A stretch of DNA of 64,000 nucleotides from Macrostomum hystrix (taxonomy: Eukaryota; Animalia; Platyhelminthes): positions 4,216,001 through 4,280,000 of the forward strand of contig CATNEN010000008.1 in the NCBI GenBank assembly GCA_950097015.1, in the 5' to 3' direction. A model generated the notes under the pieces. The model made no database searches and was not told the DNA's origin. It worked only from the letters and a program-made list of their open reading frames with translations. The position numbers were made by a program, and so were the translations under genes. Of this stretch, positions 23,824 to 37,000 are shown piece after piece. Positions within the stretch are counted from its first letter, which is position 1. Each line of letters begins with the position of its first letter.

Positions 23824-25374
23824 ATGGAGCCAACATTCGCCCTGGAGGTGGGCTCTCGCAGCTTGGACCGGCTGCCCAACTTTCGTCAGGCCAGCCTGCC
23901 GAGCCAGCGGCCTCTTCTGTTTCGCTCCGGCTACGTGGAGCGCCTGTCAGCCGAAGGTGTTCGACAGCTCAGTCGCGAGCGCGGCATTCGCTGCATTTTC
24001 GACCTTCGCGGAGCACGCGAGCTTCGCCGAACTCTGCCGGGCAGTCACGTGACTAAGGAGTATCGCCAGCTGCTGCTGACCAAGGACGGCAGCGTGAGCC
24101 CGCTGGAGGCCCAGGCGGAGGACACTGACGATGGACAAACTTCCAAGGGTCGGCGCTACACTATTGACTTTCTCGGTGAGTCCTGTAGAACCGAGTGTCG
24201 ACATCAAAACCGCACATCGATTACGTCACCACTTCAAAATTCACCGTTAAAAACCTTTACAGGCAAATTCTTCTTTTACAGTATGTTCATGAAGCTGCCA
24301 GTCGGAAGCAAGCTGACCATCGGTTGGTCCCTGCTCACCTCTCTCTATAGCGGAGATCGCAGCTACGAAGCTCGAGCAGCCGAAATCGTTTTGGCGCCGC
24401 GCGGCCTGAGCGGCCAGTGCTGTGACTTTCTGGACTTTTGCCAGTCCGAGCTGGCAGCCGTGCTGCGACTCATGACCAGAAAGGAGAACCTGCCCTGCCT
24501 GGTGCACTGCTTCCTAGGCAAGGACCGCACGGGTCTGGTGGTCATGCTGCTGCAGTGGCTGCTGGGCTTGCCGCGCCAGGTCATCGAGGAAGAGTACCAG
24601 CTGTCTCAGGTGTGTGCATCCTGTCTGACTTGCCCGAGTGACTTTATTTAGTCGGTGAGGACGCTTTTAGTCACCTCACTCTACTTTCCTTCCCTACTTT
24701 TCTCCGATTGGCTGGAAGGATCACTCTAAGTAGGAACAATTTCCTTCCCTCATTCAAGCCAGGCTTCCGCCTACCTCACTCCACTTTTTCTCCGATTGGC
24801 CAGAAATACTGCGTCGCTTGAATTTATACTCTCAATCGAAGGTATCACCCCACCCCACTCCACTTTCCGTCCCTAATTCTCTCTGATTGGTCAGAAAGAC
24901 TGCTGTGCCTCATTTTCCTTCCATCTTACTATTGAGGTTGCCGCCAACCCCGCTCCACTTTCCTTCCCCTATTATCTACGATAGCCTGGAAGGACCAATC
25001 TGCGTCAATTTTCATATCTCAAAAGCTGAATTTCTGTTTGTAGACCATGACGGAAGAAGTGCGCCAGGAGGCCATCAGGTACTATGCCGAGAAGAACCTG
25101 CCAGCCAGCTTTGCCGAGTGCAACCTTGAAGAGCTGCGCGTGGCGATGCAGTACATTGAGACCAAGTTCGTTCTCCGTTGTCACTTGTTGAACCTTCCGA
25201 TTCTTTGTCATCATGGCATGCATTTTTTTCCTTCTTTCCAGATACGGCGGAGTTGAGTCCTACCTGAGAACAGCCGGCCTCACCGAGCATGAATTGGAGC
25301 TGTTAAAGAGCAACTTTGGCACCGCCGAGCAACCGACTCAGGCAGATACGGAAGCGCACGTGACCCAGAAATGA
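23824..25374 (+). CDS. Tyrosine/dual-specificity phosphatase, Y_phosphatase3 (PtpB/TpbA-like) family, ~317 aa, 4 exons
   Basis: Exons 23824-24175, 24263-24609, 25044-25165 and 25242-25374 (phases 1,0,2). Motifs NFRQ, LFRSG, GIRCIFDLRG..E, intact CX5R loop VHCFLGKDRTG, EEYQLS, and YGGVESYL..GLT. Confidence 0.85.
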
Positions 25375-25604
25375 ACTGACAGTACAGGCAGTTTAGTCAG
25401 CAATAACTCAATCAAATTAGTATAGAAAAGACTATCAGATACTCCTATTTACCTTTTGTCGATGCTTATCCGGAATGAAATGCTTGTTTTGGATCGGAGC
25501 CAATTGTAAAAGACTAAACAAACATTTTTTTGTAGCATTCCTTGTACTTATTCCTGGTACTTTCATTTTTAATTTCTAGACTTTAACCCAAGATGTGGAC
25601 TATA

Positions 25605-26360
25605 TTGGAATCAACTGTCACTCATGGGAACCAACTGTGACTCCTGGTAACCGACTGTGACTCCTGGGAATCAACTGTCACTCATGGGAACCAACTGTGA
25701 CTCCTGGGAACCAAATGTCACTCATGGGAATCAACTGTGACTCCTGGGAATCAACTGTGACTCCTGGGAAACAACTGTCCCTCCTGGGAACCGACTGTCA
25801 CTCATGGGAACCAACTGTGACTCCTGGGAATCAACTGTCACTCATGGGAACCAACTGTGACTCCTGGGAACCGACTGTCACTCCTGGGAACCGACTGTCA
25901 CTCATGGGAACCAACTGTGACTCCTGGGAATCAACTGTCACTCATGGGAACCGACTGTCACTCATGGGAACCAACTGTGACTCCTGGGAAACAACTGTCC
26001 CTCCTGGGAACCGACTGTCACTCATGGGAACCAACTGTGACTCCTGGGAATCAACTGTCACTCATGGGAACCAACTGTGACTCCTGGGAACCGACTGTCA
26101 CTCCTGGGAACCGACTGTCACTCATGGGAACCAACTGTGACTCCTGGGAATCAACTGTCACTCATGGGAACCAACTGTGACTCATGGGAACCAACTGTGA
26201 CTCCTGGGAACCAACTGTGACTCCTGGTAACCGACTGTGACTCCTGGGAATCAACTGTCACTCATGGGAATCAACTGTCACTCATGGGAACCAACTGTGA
26301 CTCATGGGAACCAACTGTGACTCATGGGAACCAACTGTGACTCATAGGAACCAACTGCCA
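25605..26360. repeat. 20-bp minisatellite (actcc/atgggaaccaactgtg/c) decaying to ~26600
   Basis: Direct reading. Confidence 0.93.
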
Positions 26361-27409
26361 GTCCTGGAAATGAACTGTCACTCCTGAAACTTCTGGAAAC
26401 CATCTATCTATCCTGGAAACCGACAGTCACTAATAGGAAATAACTGCCAGTCCTGGAAATGAACTGTCACTCCTGAAACTTCTGGAAACCATCTATCTAT
26501 CCTGGAAACCGACAATCTCTTATGGAAACGAACTGTCCCTTTTGGAAATGGACTGGCAGTCCTAGAAATTAACCAATTATCACTCATAGAAACCAGACAT
26601 CACGCAGGGTTTGTAGACAGATAGAAGACCTTAGCAAACAAATAATGTTTCTCGTTGTTAAAATTAGGAACACACTGAAGTGCATAGGTAGGCAGTTTCT
26701 TAGAAATAAGCATTTATTTAACTTCACGGGCTGCGGCTTGTATACATTTACTATTTATAGTAGTATGAATATATGTAGATTTATTACGAATACAAGGTTA
26801 AAACATATCATAGCTGTATATATATAGAGTCGTTTGCTTATGCGAACAAACAATATTGTGGGAAATTCTATTTTCATAATAACGGAATGATGCGAAAAAT
26901 GGAGAACGGCAAAAACATCGGTATGGCGGGGGGGGGCTCATTTTGCATGGCAGTCAAAATTACAAAATGTAAGGCATTAAGTAGTTTTAGAGATTCATTA
27001 GAAAAATATAAAGAAAAATGGAAACTTTAAAAAGGAACAAAAAACAGAACGTTCGGAATGATCTACACCAGCTGTTGGTGGTTAGAGAGTCAAGTTTAAG
27101 CACATACAGACTCATCATCAGTGGAGCTTTGAGAAGTCTATTGTCAATACATAGTAGGATCGAGTTAGCCATTTATGAGTAGGGATGTATTGAGTGTAGA
27201 TACTTTTTACAAGCTTGTTTAACTAAAACTTGTAGAAAACTGAAAAACATTAAAACAAAAACGAGATTTAGTGGAGATAAATCGACAAGCAAAAAAGACA
27301 CTGTAAAAATGGTTCCTAGGGCTCGGTTACTTAGCAACAAGGTAGCAACATCATGTGGACAAACGGCTGACAGGTTGCTGGTAAAAAGGATTTTCACTTT
27401 ATTCATAAC

Positions 27410-27595
27410 CAACCTTCCTTTTGATGATACCGACTTGTGTGACCCACCTCCCCTTTGATGACACCGACTTGTGTGACCCACCTCCCCTTTGATGTCACCG
27501 ACTTGTGTGACCCACCTCCCCTTTGATGTCACCGACTTGTGTGACCCACCTCCCCTTTGATGTCACCGACTTGTGTGACCCACCTCCCCTTTGTT
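27410..27595. repeat. 34-bp tandem repeat, 5 copies
   Basis: cgacttgtgtgacccacctcccctttgatgtcac at 27431, 27465, 27499, 27533 and 27567. Confidence 0.93.
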
Positions 27596-28026
27596 ATCAC
27601 CCACCGTAGACCTGTCAATCACTTATAAAACACGTTACACAAGCAGAACCAATTCTGCACCTGGAAGTTTATGAGGAGAAAAAAATGAGATTTTAATTAA
27701 AAGTGACGAAAAATTGACGCCAAAGAGATTTAAAGATGTTTGCAACAATTAGCTATATAAAAATAGAATAATTAAAAGAAAGGTGTAAACTTAAAAAACA
27801 TTGTTTCAGAGATTAAAGGTGATGAAAACAACTATAGGGATAATCTATAATCTTTAGAATCCAGATGCTGGGCTGTGTAGGAGTTTGTTATTACTAATGG
27901 TAATCTTCGTCAGCTTACAGTTAAATGCATCCCGAGTCGCTGACGAATCTCTTTGGAAACGATTTATAAAACGAAAACCGATGGTCGATACAAAATTGAG
28001 AGTCAGATTGTTCTTATTCGCGAATC

Positions 28027-31000
28027 TCAACCTGTGAGCAATGCCGCGGTAGGCAGCTTGGAGAAGCCGATTGCAACTGCCAGAACACTGGCCAGCAAGA
28101 CTGCGAGGCTCGTTGGTGTCGCTGTGCTCGGCGCCGAGTTGTAGTCGATGCAGTACGGACACTGGAAGCTGCCGCACACCTTGCAGATGTCGTTGCTGTG
28201 CAGAGAGCGGGCGCTGTAGAAGGTGAAGTTGCGATTGTCTGCCAACGCAGGGTGGGTGAGATGAGAGGCTTGATGAGACGTATTTCATTTATCAAGGCAA
28301 TATTCCACCTAGATATTTCAGCCCAGATATATCAGCGGGGCTATTACAGCCTAATTAACTCACCTAGCTACTTCAGCCCAATTATCTCATCTGGCTATTT
28401 CAGCCCAATTAACTCACCTGGCTATTTCAGCCCAATTATCTCACCTGGATATTTCAGCCCAGATATATCAGCGGGGCTATTACAGCCTAATTAACTCACC
28501 GAGGTACTTCAGCCCAATTATCTCACCTGGCTATTTCAGCCCAATTAACTCACCTGGCTATTTCAGCCCAATTATCTCTCCTGGCTATTTCAGCCCAGAT
28601 ATATCAGCGGGCTATGACAGCTTAATTATCTCACCTGGCTATTTCAGCCCAGATATATCAGCGGGCTATTACAGCCCAATTATCTCACCTGGCTATTTCA
28701 GCCCAATTAACTCACCTGGCTATTTCAGCCCAATTATCTCACCTGGCTATTTCAGCCCAATTATCTCACCTGGCTATTTCAGCCCAATTAACTCACCTGG
28801 CTATTTCAGCCCAATTAACTCACCTGGCTATTTCAGCCCAATTATCTCACCTGGCTATTTCAGCCCAATTAATTCACCTGGCTTTTCAGCCTAATTTCAG
28901 CCTAATTATCTCACCTGGCTATTTCAGCCCAGATATATCAGTCAAAGTATCTTACCTATCTATTTCAGCCCAATTATTTAACCAGGATTTTTACCGCACT
29001 CACATATAATCTATCGTTTTACAGCTTCTTAACGCTGAAATCAATCTCAGACTAACAGTCAGCCAGTTCACTCACTATACTCAAAATACTCGTAGACATT
29101 GCACGGCTGTTCCACGGTGGTGTTGGCCACTGGATACCACCTGGGTATGGGCACAGTAACACAGGTCGGCTCCACCGACGTGAACTGAAATTGAAAAGTA
29201 CTTTCGCTATTAACAATGCACATCTAATTGCATATTAAGAAAATAATTACATTGGAATATGAGCAAAGCAACTCACGTTGGTGAAGAAGAAGTTCAGGTA
29301 GCGATCGACAAACCAGATGTGTCGCAGGCCGCGCACGTTGGTGGCCTGTACAAAGTTGCGCATGTCGTAGTTCGTGACCAAGTAGCCGGAAGGCACCGAG
29401 AACTGCAGCAGCGCCATGCCGCTAGTCTCTGATCTTTCCGTCCAAGTCCACCTGCGAATCGATTCGGACATCACTACACACGTTAGGCAAATTCGAAAGT
29501 TATAGAACAGCCGCAGCTATCCAAAGCCTGTGTACAGTTGTTCAGTCCGCGGACTCATAACTCCAAAAATAGAATAGGAAAAAATGCAATTTAATTTCGG
29601 AGAAAAAATTTTTTGTTTGAAAAAATTGTGTTTTGGATTTGCCCTCCCCCTGGTAGTTCTACTGTTAATCACACAAAATGGATTCAATGGACTAAGATAC
29701 GAACTCGCGACCTCAAATTACCTGGCGCACGCGGTCATGAACATAATACTGCTGTTGCGGCCGCTGAAGGAGGGCACGCAGGTGAGCTCGAAGGTCTGGA
29801 ACGGCTGAGTAGTATCGCCCGGATTCACCGCGTTCTTCACCAGGAAGTCGTGTTCCACAGCCTTCGTGGTGTACATGTGCAGCACGGCCCGACCGCTGCC
29901 TGTAGCCCTGATCATCACCTCACCCCAGGTGTCGTCATTGTCCAAGGTGAAGGTGCGGGGAATGCTGAGGTTGTTGCCGTCGAGCAGCAGCTGGGCGGAC
30001 TTGCTGACATCGGAGGTTGGGCTGATCTCCACCAGCAGCGAGTAGATGACACGGTTGAAGTCCAGCTGGGCCACTTCGCGCAGGGCGCGCACCGCAAACA
30101 GGGTGTCCTGGGTGGAGATCCAGCCCTGCGGAGCGTTCTTAGTCTCCGTGACAAAGTTGATGACCTTGGTGATGTTGGTCTTCAGCACCGAGTCGCCCGT
30201 GTCGCCCAGCTTAAACATGGCCAGCATGGCGAAGGACGAGGCCTGGCGAGGGTGGAGTAGGGCCCGTGTGATGATCAACAGACCTCATCTCACCTGATCA
30301 ACAGACCTCATCTCACCTGATCAACAGACCTCATCTCACCTGATCAACAGACCTCATCTCACCTGATCAACAGACCTCATCTCACCTGATCAACAGACCT
30401 CATCTCACCTGATCAACAGACCTCATCTCACCTGATCAACAGACCTCATCTCACCTGATCAACAGACCTCATCTCACCTGATCAACAGACCTCATCTCAC
30501 CTGATCAACAGACCTCATCTCACCTGATCAACAGACCTCATCTCACCTGATCAACAGACCTCATCTCACCTGATCAACAGACCTCATCTCACCTGATCAA
30601 CAGACCTCATCTCACCTGTTCTATCACCTATAACTCACTTGTTCCATCCTCTCCCTCACCTGTTCCATCCTCTCCCTCACCTGTTCCATCCTCTCCCTCA
30701 CCTGTTCCATCCTCTCCCTCACCTGTTCCATCCTCTCCCTCACCTGTTCCATCCTCTCCCTCACCTGTTCCATCCTCTCCCTCACCTGTTCCATCCTCTC
30801 CCTCACCTGTTCCATCCTACCTCACCCGCAGGTCTCACCTGGACAGCGTAGGCATCGTTGGGCCACTCCAGCCTGGCCTTGACGATGACTTTGCCAGCAG
30901 AATCGGGCTCCCTAATGAGAGGCCTGACTCGCCTATTGGCCCAGTAGAGATAGTTGTCAGTTCGGGCGATGCTCAGCAGCAGCTGTAGAGCCGTGTGCTT

Positions 31001-34000
31001 ATCCGACGAGTCGTCAAAGGACAATGCGTAGGCGGCCATAGCCAAGCTCAGCGCATCGTCGGTTAACTTGGACAGGTGCCGCTTCAGGTACTGAATAGCG
31101 GCCGTGGCCACGCGGTTGGCGTCGGAGCCGAGGCTGGTGGGCACGCTGGGATGCTTCGTGGCCATAACGACTAGCGCGGTGATGGGCACCCGGCGGATGT
31201 ACACATTGTTGGCCGGATTGACAGGCTTATCCTTTATGTAGGTGTTAAAATACTTCATATCCCATTGAATGTCGTCAGTGAATGATCCGACCAGATTGGG
31301 ATCCGTGGCGCCGGTGTCCTGTGTGGCGTTCAGGTATTTGATGAACTGCTGGAACAGCTCGATCTTGATGGCGGTGACTCGGTCCCACTCGGAGAAGGCC
31401 GTCTCCGCCAGGGTGAACAATCCGAATGCTGTCAGGAAGGTGCTGGTCTCGCTGTTGAATCTCTCGGGAAAGTTGGCCACGCCGCCAGTGACGGGGTTGA
31501 TGTAGAATGACAGCCTGGAGAACTGCGAGTTCACGTACTCCAGGGCGGTGTTCAAGGTGGTGCCCTCTAGCTGCTTGGTCATGCGCAGGTAGTGCAGCAT
31601 CTGTACATTCCAGTTGATGTTGAACAGGATGCTCTCACCGGACCCGATTGGTCGCCAGCAGGTGCTGGACGAGTCGCCGAATGGCACTTCGTTGCCTAGC
31701 GACGGGCCGACAATATCGCCGACTACGTTGATTTTCGTCAGCTTGGATCCGGGCACGAAGCGACGCCAGCGACGTTCGGGTTCGACGAAGGCCTGCTCGG
31801 GCGTGATGAAGAAGTTCTGGGCCAGCAGCTCCGAGTTTGACACCAGGTCCAGCAGGATTGGCGTGCTGTAGTTGTTTGGCACTCCGTTGATCTTGTTTAT
31901 GAAAGAAAAGGTAGGCAGAAAATTACTTGCGGACTGGCTACTGACAGTAGAAATATAAGAAAAACGACTATTTTTTACAGGTTTTTTAACTAAGCTCGCA
32001 TTAATTAAGTATTCAGCACGATAGACCAGATGTCGAAAGGATAAAGGATTAAACCAAGGAATGAAGGGTAGGGACATGTTTGGAAGAAGGTTAAGGACAG
32101 GAGGGTAAGGACCGGAGGGTAAGCACCGGAGGGGAAGGAGGGTAAGGACCGGAGAGGAAGGAGGGGAAGGAGGGTAAGGACTGAAGGGGTAGGAGGGAAG
32201 GAGGGGAAGGACCGGAGGGGAAGGAGGGTAAGGACCGGAGGGGAAGGAGGGGAAGGAGGATAAGGATCGGAGGGGAATGAGGGTAAGGACCGGAGGGGAA
32301 GGAGGGGAAGGACCGGCGGGGAAGGAGGGGAAGGAGGGTAAGGACCGGAGGGGAAGGAGCGGAAGGACCGGCGGGGAAGGAGGGGAAGGAGGGTAAGGAC
32401 CGCCGGAGGGGAAGGAGGGGAAGGACCGGAGGGGAAGGAGGGGAAGGACAGTCATTGGCAGCAGGAACTCACATAGATGGGCACATTGACAGTTGAGCAC
32501 TCGCCGCCATTGAATGAGTAAGCACAGAAGGTGATGGTCGTGTTGCCAGTGCTCTTAGGCAGCACTGGGAAGTAAAGCATGCGGTGACCGCCGGCGGGCA
32601 GGAAGACAACGGTGTGGATGGAAACGCCGCTGGCCAGCTCCGGGGCGTAGCTGATGACCTGGCCGCGGTAGCCGACCATGACAAAGTCGTAGTCTGGGCT
32701 CTTCTTCAGTTCCACTATCACCTGGAGCGCGAGGAAACGGCAGGGTTCGACATCTATAGAGAAATCGAGGCATTATGTGCGACCTAATCTGTAGGCTAAA
32801 ACCCCAGACTGTTCTCAATTATGGAGTAATAGTTGATCCACAGATTCAAATAAAAAATCCAGATCCAAAATGATCTCCGAACTATCACAAATCCTAACTG
32901 CCTCAGATCCCAACTGTCCCAGATCCCAACTGCCCTAGATCCCAACTTTCCCAGATCCCAACTCTCCCAGATCCCGACTGCCCCAGATTCCAACTGTCCC
33001 ATATCCCAACTTTTCCAGATCCCAACTTTTTCAGATCCCAACTGTCCATGATCCCGACTGCCCCAGATCCCAACTGTTCCAGATCCCAACTGTCCCAGAT
33101 CCCGACTGTCCCAGATCCCAACTCTCCCAGATCCCAACTGTCCCATATCCCAACTTTCCCAGATCCCAACTGTTCCAGATCCGAACTGTTCCAGATCCCA
33201 ACTGTCCCAGATCCCAACTCTCCCAGATCCCAACTGTTCCAGATCCCAGCCAGACCTCAGTCCAGTAGTCGAATCGGTTGAACACGGCCACTCGAATTCC
33301 GAGCTGCTCGCCCCAGTAGGCGTAGGGAGGGGCTTCCAGCACCATGTAGAAGCGCCTAGTAGAGGTGAACCTTGTCGGCACGTCCTGCACCTGGACGCCA
33401 AGCTCGCCATCGATAGCGATGGCGCCAATGACCCAGGAGGTCTCGAGCTTCGGCGTCACTGCCTGGTTGAACGGCACCCGACCGTTCATGTTCGCTCTGG
33501 GTGGGTGAAAGTGCGCTTCAGTGATTAACTCGACTACTGACAAGTCTTCTTTATCCACTTTGCCTACCAGTGACTACTGTCTACTCGATCTACCAGAGCC
33601 TTCAACTCTATCTACCAGAGACGGTCTACTCTAGCTACCAGAGACTGTCTAATCTATCTACCAGACTGTCTGTTCTTTCTACTAGAAACTGTCTAATTTA
33701 TCTGCCAGTCATGGTCATGCGAGAATCTATCTACCAGAGACTGTCTACTCGATTTACCAGAGACTCTACTCGATCTACCAGAGACTCTACTCGATCTACC
33801 AGAGACTCTACTCGATCTACCAGAGACTCTACTCGATCTACCAGAGCCTGTCAACTCTATCTACCAGACTGTCTAATCTATCTACCAGAGACTGTCTACT
33901 CGATCTACCAGAGACTCTACTCGATCTACCAGAGACTCTACTCGATCTACCAGAGCCTGTCAACTCTATCTACCTGAGACTCTCTAATCTGTCTACAAGA

Positions 34001-37000
34001 GACTCTCTAATCTGCCTACCAGAGACTGTCTAATCCATCTACCAGAGACTCTCTAATCTGCCTACCAGAGACTGTCTAATCCATCTACCAGAGACTCTCT
34101 AATCTGCCTACCAGAGACTTTCTACTCAATCTACCTGAGACTCTACTTGATCTACCAGATACGGTCTACTCAATCTGCTAGAGACTACTCAATCTACCAG
34201 AGACTCTACTCGATCTACCAGAGACTGTCTACTCAGTCTACCAGAGACTCTACTCGATCTACCAGAGACTTTCTACTCAATATACTAGAGACCCTCTTTT
34301 CTGTCTACCAGAGACTGTCTATTATGTCTACCAGAGACTGTCTACTCTATCTACCAGAGACTCTACTCTATCTACCAGAGACTGTCTGCTCCATCTAAAA
34401 GAGACTGCCTACTCTATCTACCAGACCATATATCTAATCTAGATACATGTTCCCTTATCTATCATCTCGACTAAGATAATCTACTCAATTGAGCAAAAAG
34501 GTGAGTACTCCGCGCTAAGCTGCACTCACTTCATATAGACATCTTGCCAAAGCCACAAGTCATCGTATATAAAGTGTCTGTATTCGAATTTGAATTTCGG
34601 TTCAACATAGCCGGGCACTTTGGTCAGGCTGATTCTCTCGCAGTTCATCTCGTCCACGCCAGTGTTACAGTCCAGCTTGCCGTCACACATATGCCTGTAG
34701 CCGTAGCACTCGTCCGGCGACCCGGAGTAGCAGGGGAAGGCGCGATCCGGATTCAAAGTCTCGTTGCAGGTGTCTGAAATGCAGGCACAGACAGGTGTTG
34801 CTATGCTATTGCTACAGGTGTTGCTATGCTATTGCTACAGGTGTTGCTATGCTATTGCTACAGGTGTTGCTATGCTATTGCTACAGGTGTTGCTATGCTA
34901 TTTCTACAGGTGTTGTTAGAAAACTAGATTTAAAACAAATCCTAAATAGGGATATTAAGACCGATCAAGAATTTTTTACATAAATTCTAAAAAGGTACAT
35001 TCATACCGATCCTAAAAGGAAAATTTTGAAATATACTAAAAATTGAATGATTTAGACCTATTAAAAAACGGATTTGTAGACGAATCCCGAAACGATTTAG
35101 GATTTTAGAAAATTTTCAAAATGGGATTTTGAAGACAAATCTCAGAACGGATTCTTAGAAAATACAAGAAAATAGGTAACTAAAAAAATCAAGCTGTGAT
35201 CAAACAGAGCTGAAACACCAAATGGTGTACTCACGCCAAAAGGTGACTTTTGTATAGTTGGAATCCGTGAACATGATCACACCAGAGTAGTTCATGGTCT
35301 TGTTCGCGTCCGGCCCGTAGGTGGGATTAGGGAAATAGCGCATCTGGGGCATGTCCGAGGTGTCATCGTACCAGGCGAATTGCAGAGGCTGCTCAGCGTG
35401 CGCCTCGTACGACATCTGCTCCTGCAGGAGCTGCGAGGTGGCGGGGTGGGTGCGAGCGGCTTGTTTCTGTTTTAATAATAATTGATTACACCTGTCCGAA
35501 TTGGGCCAGATGTGCAGCCGACAGCACAGCCGCAGCTATTGCGCGGCGCATCTGAAGACTGCGTACAGCTGTTCAGTCCATGGACTGGGGGGACGCCACA
35601 CCCACCTTCAATTATCCCAGCTGATGCTGGTACCCATTTAACAGCTGGGTGAACTGAAGCAATGCAGAGTTAAGTGTCTTGCTGAAGGACACAAATTAGT
35701 TTCAGTGGAGTCGGTAGTCGAACCTCCGACCTTCAAGTCGTGAGTCCGACGCCCTAACTACTAGGCTACAACCTTACTGTTTTATTTACTTATTAACTCG
35801 GCTTGAAGGCAGGAATGAAACTGCGAGTATTTGCCTAAATTTATTGATTTGGTTCCTGTGTTAAATTGATTTGTGAAGATAAGGAAAGAGCTTTGGGAAG
35901 ATTGGGATATCTAAGGATTGATAATTTTAGATGGGGATTTTAGGAAAGGTATTTTGAAATAGGGATTTTAGGATTGGGAATTTGAGATGGGGATCAAAGA
36001 TGGGATCTGGGATGGGGATCTTGCATTCTTGCATCTAAATGCTCAGCAGACTTACTGTGTAGGGCTCCAAAATGACTTTATTTCCGTAGCGCAGGTACAG
36101 ATCGTAGGGAATGGCCGACAGCAGCACAAAAGATCCCAAGTTGGCGCCGGTGATCCAGCCAGTGACAGACTTGCCGGTCAAATCCGAGCCCTGAGTCACC
36201 TCCACATTCACAGAGTTGATGCTCAGCACGTCGACGAAGAAGGACAGGGAGTCGGTCACCAGCTCGCCGTCCTGCTTCATGAAGTAGGCCACGATGCGGG
36301 CGATGGGGGCCATCTCGCGGGATAGGGCGATGGAGAAAGTTCGCGACTGCACGCCTGAAGGCATGTTGAGGATGTCGCTGTGGAGAATGTTGCCACCGCC
36401 CAGGATGATGTAATAGATCTTCTCTGAGTAATAGTTGGTCTTGATGTTGAACACCATGTAGCGATCCACGGTTGGGTTCGGTGTGGATGTTGTCACCTGT
36501 GAGTCGGGGAGAATATAATGAATCACTTGATTTTTCATCTCTAAAAGATAAATTTAATAATGCTTCTAGAAAATTTGCATTGATCCCAGTGTGGAAAGAC
36601 AAGGATTGATACCGATTCGGGAAAATATGAACAAATCCCTATATGGGAAGATTGGGATCCTAATACTTAAAAATTAGCAAGGATTGATCTTAATATGAAC
36701 AGAATAGGATTGATCCCAACATGGCAGATTAGGATTGATCCCAATATGGGCAGATTAGGATTGATCCCAATATGGGCAGATTAGGATTGATCCCAATTCG
36801 GCAGATTAGGATTGATCCCAATTCGGCAGATTAGGATTGATCCCAATTCGGCAGATTAGGATTGATCCCAACATGGCAGATTAGGATTGATCCCAATTCG
36901 GCAGATCAGGATTGATCCCAATATGGGCAGATCAGGATTGATCCCAATATGGGCAGATTAGGATTGATCCCAATTCGGCAGATTAGGATTGATCCCAATT

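Noticed and set aside
35700-35770. tRNA gene (also 60040-60072)
   Set aside because: Only A/B boxes are present, with no complete cloverleaf, and they are joined to a SINE core.
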